Positions 59,401 to 64,000 of a DNA stretch of 64,000 nucleotides are shown here, one piece after another. Position numbers and translations under genes: made by a program. Below the pieces are notes generated by a model. The model did not search any database. It worked only from the letters and a program-made list of their open reading frames with translations, and was not told the DNA's origin. The stretch covers positions 12,834 through 76,833 of the forward strand of contig JAHLVW010000050.1 in NCBI GenBank assembly GCA_019058275.1. Direction: 5' to 3'. Numbering within the stretch: the first letter of the stretch is position 1; each line of letters opens with the position of its first letter. This DNA is from Candidatus Heimdallarchaeota archaeon (GTDB lineage Archaea; Asgardarchaeota; Heimdallarchaeia; JABLTI01).

Positions 59401-62400
59401 AAGTAAATTGTTTGAGCCCTTTCTATCATTTCATACCATCTATCAAAATCATTAATGAATGCTACTGGAATTTCTTGATCATCTATTTCAATTATGTAAC
59501 CACCATCTTTTCTTTGTAAATATGAGTACAACCAAGATCGAACTGTAGCGAATTTCTTGTCACCGAAATTTGTTCCAATATATTCATTTAGTCTTTCTGT
59601 TCCTGAAGCTGATTCATGATGGCAGAACTCAGTTATCTTCTTTAGGAATTCAGATGACTTACTAGTAATTAGCTCCCCTAAACAGCTATCACCCCAACCA
59701 TTGTTTTCTAGAATACTATCGATATTATCTAGTATCTTTTGTAAAATTTTCTTGTTTCCCATATGACTACTTGTAATTTTTTGCCCATTTACCCATTTCT
59801 TCAAAGTATCATCATTGATGAATGGAATAGTTTTATCTTTGTATTTTCCTGTTCTTGGTTTGGTAGTAAGTTGATAATCACTGCATAGTTCTCTAATTAC
59901 ATCAGCAAACACTTCTCTAGGGTTACTCTTGCTTCTCTTTATAGCAACAAAGTTTGAACCTTCTTGATATTGACTTATACTATCATCCATTCCAGCCATT
60001 CTATTCATTGCTTTAGGTAGAACTAGTAAAGGAATGAGAACATACAAAATTGCGTTATGTATCTCAGTTTTCTTTTCTGTTGAAGATGGTGATTCTATAT
60101 TTTTCTTTAATAGTGCTATTATCTCATTTTTTATACTGTCTATTGTTTCAGTCCTTGTAATTACAGTGAATTTATTGTGTACATTATCTACTTGAGAAAT
60201 ACTACTATAAGGTGTGTATTCTCCATTTCCAGTTGTTTCACTATTTTGATGTTTATAATCAAGTAATTCATCATTAGTCCATGTTGTTTTTACAGTTTCT
60301 ATGTTTTCAGGTATTTGTATTGCTCCTTTACTTCCAAGAGCATACATTGTTGTTCCTGAGCTTTTTCGATAAGTAAGCCATACATCTTGCCCATTTTTTT
60401 GGAATTCAAATTTTTTAATGACAACATCGTTTAATGAAGCAACTCCCAATTCGTTTTTTATTTCTTGTTCTGTTGGTCTTGTTCCAAATCTATAGAAGCA
60501 TTCCTTTGATTGCACTACTCCATCTATTTTCTCATAATGTGGATTTTTCCCTTCTCTCAAATAGGCTACTTCGTATTTTCCAGTAGTTGTTTTTCTTACT
60601 ATAATATCTGTTTTTATTTCCTCTCCATGTGCTTTTGGATGATAACCAATTAGCTGATAATAATCACCACTGTCATCATTTCCTATATGTTCCAATTTTA
60701 TCATGTTCTTTAGGTCTTTACCATCGGTACCTTCCATTTTCAGTTCTCTGTAAAATGGAGAATTTTCATCATGTAACAATTCAGTCAATGTATTATGGAA
60801 AACTTCTTGGTCGATCTTTAACTGTGTTTCTCTTATTAATGCTGGTTTATTGTTCTTTGACATTATTAATTTAAGATTAATCTCTCTGTGAATGCCTGAA
60901 CTTAGAAATGATTGAGCTTGTGATGAAAGACCTTCAATGTCACCTTTTAGCCATTCTATCCCAGCTTCATCACTTGGATATATATTGGAGTCTTCATGAA
61001 GAATTTTAGCATCTGTTGGTTTAAATACTAAAGTTGATGATGAACCTTTTATATTATCAATTATGATAAGATCATTTGGTAGTTTATCATCGTGTAGGTA
61101 ATGTGCATAAACCTTTGCTAAAATATCATTTAATACATCTGTTGGTAGTCCATTACTTCCAAAGATATTCAAATTCTCATATGGTCCTGCGAAATAACTT
61201 GCTCTTGCAATACTATTACCAAAGTGACTTGAATGAATCATTGTATTGAAATTAAATTTTCTACCATATTTTGTTAAATAATAGTCATTTAATGTTGGAT
61301 TATTATTCTTCCTTTTAATATAACTATTACCTGAAGCAAAATAATTTTGACTCTTTTGATTGGGTTCTATATTCCTGTAATACTTTACTAGTTCTTCAAT
61401 GTCATGATCTGTATATACATTTTCAGGATATTCTACTCTTCTTTGCGCAGTTAAACCAGCTATGAAAGCCAAAGTTCCAGAAACTGAACTCAGGTATAGA
61501 TTCATCTGCCAATTTTCAAAGAAGCTCTTAAGATTCCTGCCAACAGACAACTCACTTAACATAGTGTCTGTGTGACTAATTGGTATTTTATCTGAAATTG
61601 TACCTAAGAATGGATCATTATTAGTCTGAGACTTATATGTTACAAAATCACGAATTGCATAAAATGATGCATTGAAAGCATCTAATAGTGAAATTGGATT
61701 TTGATAACTCGAATCTGATTCTGAAAGAAGTATCTTGTTCTCATCGTTTTCTATATCATCAGTAACATCTACGATTTTGTGTCCATAGATATTAAATTCT
61801 CCAAAGTATTTTGCTTGTCCTACTCCAGAGTTGGGATAATGGTAAAACCAATCATACCAGTATTTATGTTGTTTAATTTGAATTGTAGATGAAAGTCCAT
61901 TTGGTGTAGTTGACTCCATTCCTCGTATATATATGAAATATCTATTTTCCTTTAGACCACCTAATGCATCAAAACTAATAGCAACTGATTTTGTTAAATC
62001 CATATCTGGAAAGATAGGATAATTATAATCACCATAATTGTATGGATCAGTAAATTCGAATAATAAATTATCATGTGGATACCAATAATATCCACCATTT
62101 GTGTCATAATTGGTTCCAGTCATTTGGGCTGTATAGAACATCTCAGCAATTAAAACATTGAACTCCTCTATTTCTAATTCAGTCAATTTTTGACCATTTT
62201 TTGTTCGAGCTTTAGTCATTACTTGATGAAATAAAAGATTAACATCTCTTTGCAGAGATTGTATATGTGAGATTATTTCATAATATTCATCATCCTCAAA
62301 TGCTGTTAGAGGATCATCCTCGTTATGCCAATCATTATTCCTATCTTGATGCTTATTGCTAATACTTTCTTGTATAATAGAGAGAAGTCTTTGTTTAATT

Positions 62401-64000
62401 GATTGATAATATAGATTCCTATGTTCTAGTTCTGATATTAGAATGTTAGTTAGCAATTTGTAAATTGGTTCATCCGAATATGGTTCACCGATATAACTTG
62501 AATCAAAATTAAAACCAATAAGATTTACTAAACCATTTCCAAACGTTCCTGATACCAATGGTGAATTTGCTATAGCATCCTCAGATGTCAGTATCTTAAC
62601 ACCAGTTAGAAGACCAGTTCCTTCTTGATTAAAGAATCTTAATGAGAATTCAGATCCATCTTTCTTATTGAGTATATTAAGAGTTATTTTATTCAAACCA
62701 GCTTTTAATTCAATTACTTCTTCGAGAGGATATGTAAAACTATAAGTTGAGTTGAAATTCATCATTAATTGATCATTTACAAATAAACTGGCTTCACTAT
62801 CGCATCCTAAGGAAGCATAGACTTTTTGAGTAATACCAGACCAGATGTATGATGTAGCTAAAAATGTTGTTTCAGTTCTACCTTGGATATTACCAAATAA
62901 TGCTTCTGAACTTATTCTGTGATTGTCAGCTATAACCTCCTTCCATGGATTAACTCCCTCAATACTAATACTACTAATTTGTAAGTGATTAGCATAATTA
63001 TCAACATTAACTTCCATGTAAAGAGTGTGTATCAAATGCTCCCTATCAACGCGTATTTTTGCTCTTTGTATTAGTTTACTTATATCTTCCATGATTGATA
63101 ATTGAACTAATTGTGGACTATAATGAATTAACTCTTCTCGTTGTATGTAGAAATGAACTTCATTACTATTAATCAGATAATCTTCATTAGTAAATTCATT
63201 TTCTGTAATATAGTTATCATCGCTCCAGAAATAGTGAAGATAGATTTCTCTGTTGTAAGTAGGATCGATTACTTTTGTAATAATTTCATAATCCTTATCA
63301 AATGATTCCAATGGATCTGTTGTAAAAACACCATCTAAATAGATGTAAGGATAATTGACAATTTTAGCATCTGTTATTGGATCAAATCCATCTATTTCTT
63401 CTAGTTGAACTTCTAATTTTAAACCATACTTTTGTCCTAATCCTCCTACATTGTAAAGACCATCAGGAGTTATTCTGATATTATCAAAGTAAGCGGTTTG
63501 GTTCTCAAAATTATCCAAATTAACCGTCAAAACTACATATAGATATTCTTCCGAACCATGATTCGTTGCATAATCATTGAAGACATGATCTAAGTTTATA
63601 TTATGAGTATTGAAATCAGTATTGTCATTGTAAAGATGACCTACAAAATCGCCACTCAAGCTTTCATAAATTTCTTCAAAATCAGTGCTTTCAAACAAAT
63701 CTGTAACACTCGTAGGATTTTCGAACTCATTAGTCGTGGGTCTGAAGAATTTAATATCCATTATTTCCTGTTCTGTACTTGAGGTGTTACCTATCCAATA
63801 ATCGAAACTGAATAGCCAATCCCTAACATTATAATCATGATATAGTTTTTCAATTTCGTTTATTGAAACAGTCGTTCCTAAAAACATGACATTATTGTCA
63901 TCCATGTAGTTATAGAAGTAAGCTGTTGGAGCTGGATCTCCAACATAGTAATCGATATCTGAGTGATATTCAGCCATTTCATCTGTGGGTTCAATATAAC
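56493..64000 (-). CDS. Giant (>2,500 aa) protein, N-terminus outside the window; PA14-like module and C-terminal hydrophobic helices
   Basis: Frame is open to the edge (YIEPTDE-MAEY). PA14-like segment at about 62620-62900 (LGCDSEASLFVND...IELKAGLNKI...FSLRF). Hydrophobic G/A-rich helices at about 56530-57250, ending KKKN. Confidence 0.8.
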   Translation of the reverse strand, partial: YIEPTDEMAEYHSDIDYYVGDPAPTAYFYNYMDDNNVMFLGTTVSINEIEKLYHDYNVRDWLFSFDYWIGNTSSTEQEIMDIKFFRPTTNEFENPTSVTDLFESTDFEEIYESLSGDFVGHLYNDNTDFNTHNINLDHVFNDYATNHGSEEYLYVVLTVNLDNFENQTAYFDNIRITPDGLYNVGGLGQKYGLKLEVQLEEIDGFDPITDAKIVNYPYIYLDGVFTTDPLESFDKDYEIITKVIDPTYNREIYLHYFWSDDNYITENEFTNEDYLINSNEVHFYIQREELIHYSPQLVQLSIMEDISKLIQRAKIRVDREHLIHTLYMEVNVDNYANHLQISSISIEGVNPWKEVIADNHRISSEALFGNIQGRTETTFLATSYIWSGITQKVYASLGCDSEASLFVNDQLMMNFNSTYSFTYPLEEVIELKAGLNKITLNILNKKDGSEFSLRFFNQEGTGLLTGVKILTSEDAIANSPLVSGTFGNGLVNLIGFNFDSSYIGEPYSDEPIYKLLTNILISELEHRNLYYQSIKQRLLSIIQESISNKHQDRNNDWHNEDDPLTAFEDDEYYEIISHIQSLQRDVNLLFHQVMTKARTKNGQKLTELEIEEFNVLIAEMFYTAQMTGTNYDTNGGYYWYPHDNLLFEFTDPYNYGDYNYPIFPDMDLTKSVAISFDALGGLKENRYFIYIRGMESTTPNGLSSTIQIKQHKYWYDWFYHYPNSGVGQAKYFGEFNIYGHKIVDVTDDIENDENKILLSESDSSYQNPISLLDAFNASFYAIRDFVTYKSQTNNDPFLGTISDKIPISHTDTMLSELSVGRNLKSFFENWQMNLYLSSVSGTLAFIAGLTAQRRVEYPENVYTDHDIEELVKYYRNIEPNQKSQNYFASGNSYIKRKNNNPTLNDYYLTKYGRKFNFNTMIHSSHFGNSIARASYFAGPYENLNIFGSNGLPTDVLNDILAKVYAHYLHDDKLPNDLIIIDNIKGSSSTLVFKPTDAKILHEDSNIYPSDEAGIEWLKGDIEGLSSQAQSFLSSGIHREINLKLIMSKNNKPALIRETQLKIDQEVFHNTLTELLHDENSPFYRELKMEGTDGKDLKNMIKLEHIGNDDSGDYYQLIGYHPKAHGEEIKTDIIVRKTTTGKYEVAYLREGKNPHYEKIDGVVQSKECFYRFGTRPTEQEIKNELGVASLNDVVIKKFEFQKNGQDVWLTYRKSSGTTMYALGSKGAIQIPENIETVKTTWTNDELLDYKHQNSETTGNGEYTPYSSISQVDNVHNKFTVITRTETIDSIKNEIIALLKKNIESPSSTEKKTEIHNAILYVLIPLLVLPKAMNRMAGMDDSISQYQEGSNFVAIKRSKSNPREVFADVIRELCSDYQLTTKPRTGKYKDKTIPFINDDTLKKWVNGQKITSSHMGNKKILQKILDNIDSILENNGWGDSCLGELITSKSSEFLKKITEFCHHESASGTERLNEYIGTNFGDKKFATVRSWLYSYLQRKDGGYIIEIDDQEIPVAFINDFDRWYEMIERAQTIYLGSGRENQRDGINGEYNPLLERAKIFLWMEGVLATFKSIDQMFDTSKEDSPGYLPLTTKNIKSRHSLSFFRNNIYQKSEDMKKAQGYRGFYVFTQWSSPTGNLPAVRLLNGATIAGLRSNLQLMMHNYLMTGGVDIGLGNNIDKLAKLVGLDDIVQKLINPKDNIDIYQIKSEQARVPDPYDPSKQLNRPDLNIAKLHPSLNNPFCINSAADLKRFTKKDGRTVIKNVGINLYAQPLFRGATDTSDYTFGDLLIDTTYEIECVDEVKMDLKFYKHVTYWDPSATPKDENGNPLTVVDPDYPGGAWVTEKIELGKHDDEHVLVVDSNFKKSDGVGSYFVKDENTQVYQLGAAKIPIIKVVEGSTTKYQVYGNFFTREHITHTLNQPNKKDFSTTLESCVISDEQKQIFFEQTGIAAWASKEEISLDDIEIIPVSNDIEHKLDLHKALVKDFQSYLHENNNHINRNSKNKEGFILKLAVTMPYHALSQCQYWGSGLNLGHIPTMEEVMNRFMFYKEKTLKLISEIKNLLIRTKKQNGQIDYKEVQEIQRARMQSDTKAGRKARMEKDSRMPGKSPHEKSKVSKSDIKKYFPNSLSEYFFGLSIGTFGLSNIVGFVRNVRTQLWQSKIIEFASYAMQEDTYMMNEFSRKPGADGTYVAEDAEVGYLEKRYSVGEDNENAAFWKFGEGLVYAGAVWVTDYIEVGPADCFEYINGMLNGIQLAKVDYGMQPVCLDFATTIVICLQNFTTEVLNRDLPNWLSNVTQVTQHPAFKTYWYVTLFVLGSVISVFTELVKACTMSTFAGGLTSTAISLAASSVTQKTWSGINQATIQSLATSGFTDHWSYYQKGDEAMYWKINAYKVLNWMYCAGSALRPEGAFFELFYLSNYFPKIGEWAGPFDSMLPFVVLTTFGVGMIMTYLASVLMPVAVASGALTAGIGALIVVAIIAVTFIVLRILKALGLFKKKNTSTTGDD

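Noticed and set aside
325-60874. Numerous 60-136 aa antisense or alternate-frame ORFs in the track (e.g. 9683-10069, 11988-12398, 16696-16989, 57487-57768)
   Set aside because: Shadows of longer, motif-supported genes.

Overview
AT-rich archaeal chromosomal segment, almost certainly from an Asgard archaeon. The evidence is a lokiactin-type actin, a longin-V4R fusion, and archaeal A/V-ATPase A/B, Spt5, SecE, IorAB and tRNA-Val; a Heimdallarchaeia-like assignment is a guess. Core genes include a flotillin/NfeD pair, atpA/atpB, an ftsZ-secE-spt5 cluster interrupted by an MFS gene, a GT4 GlcNAc-1-P transferase, iorAB, two M32 carboxypeptidases, four tandem MFS paralogs, an ABC-2 exporter and actin. 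Four candidate systems stand out. (1) A SRAP/HMCES gene is followed by a B-family DNA polymerase with intact polymerase motifs but degenerate proofreading motifs, suggesting an error-prone lesion-bypass cassette. (2) A >2,500-aa protein with a PA14-like module and C-terminal hydrophobic helices heads an operon with TPR, claudin-like 4-TM and HEAT-like genes. (3) An unannotated 47-aa secreted-looking peptide lies directly behind a TPR-like repeat protein. (4) Twin 3-TM membrane proteins sit with a longin-V4R fusion and two divergent acyl-CoA-ligase-like genes. Several genes are broken: galU, one MFS gene, and a Dna2-like nuclease-helicase with two in-frame stops. No CRISPR array, rRNA, integrase or transposase was seen. 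All family calls come from motif recognition by eye; no searches were run.
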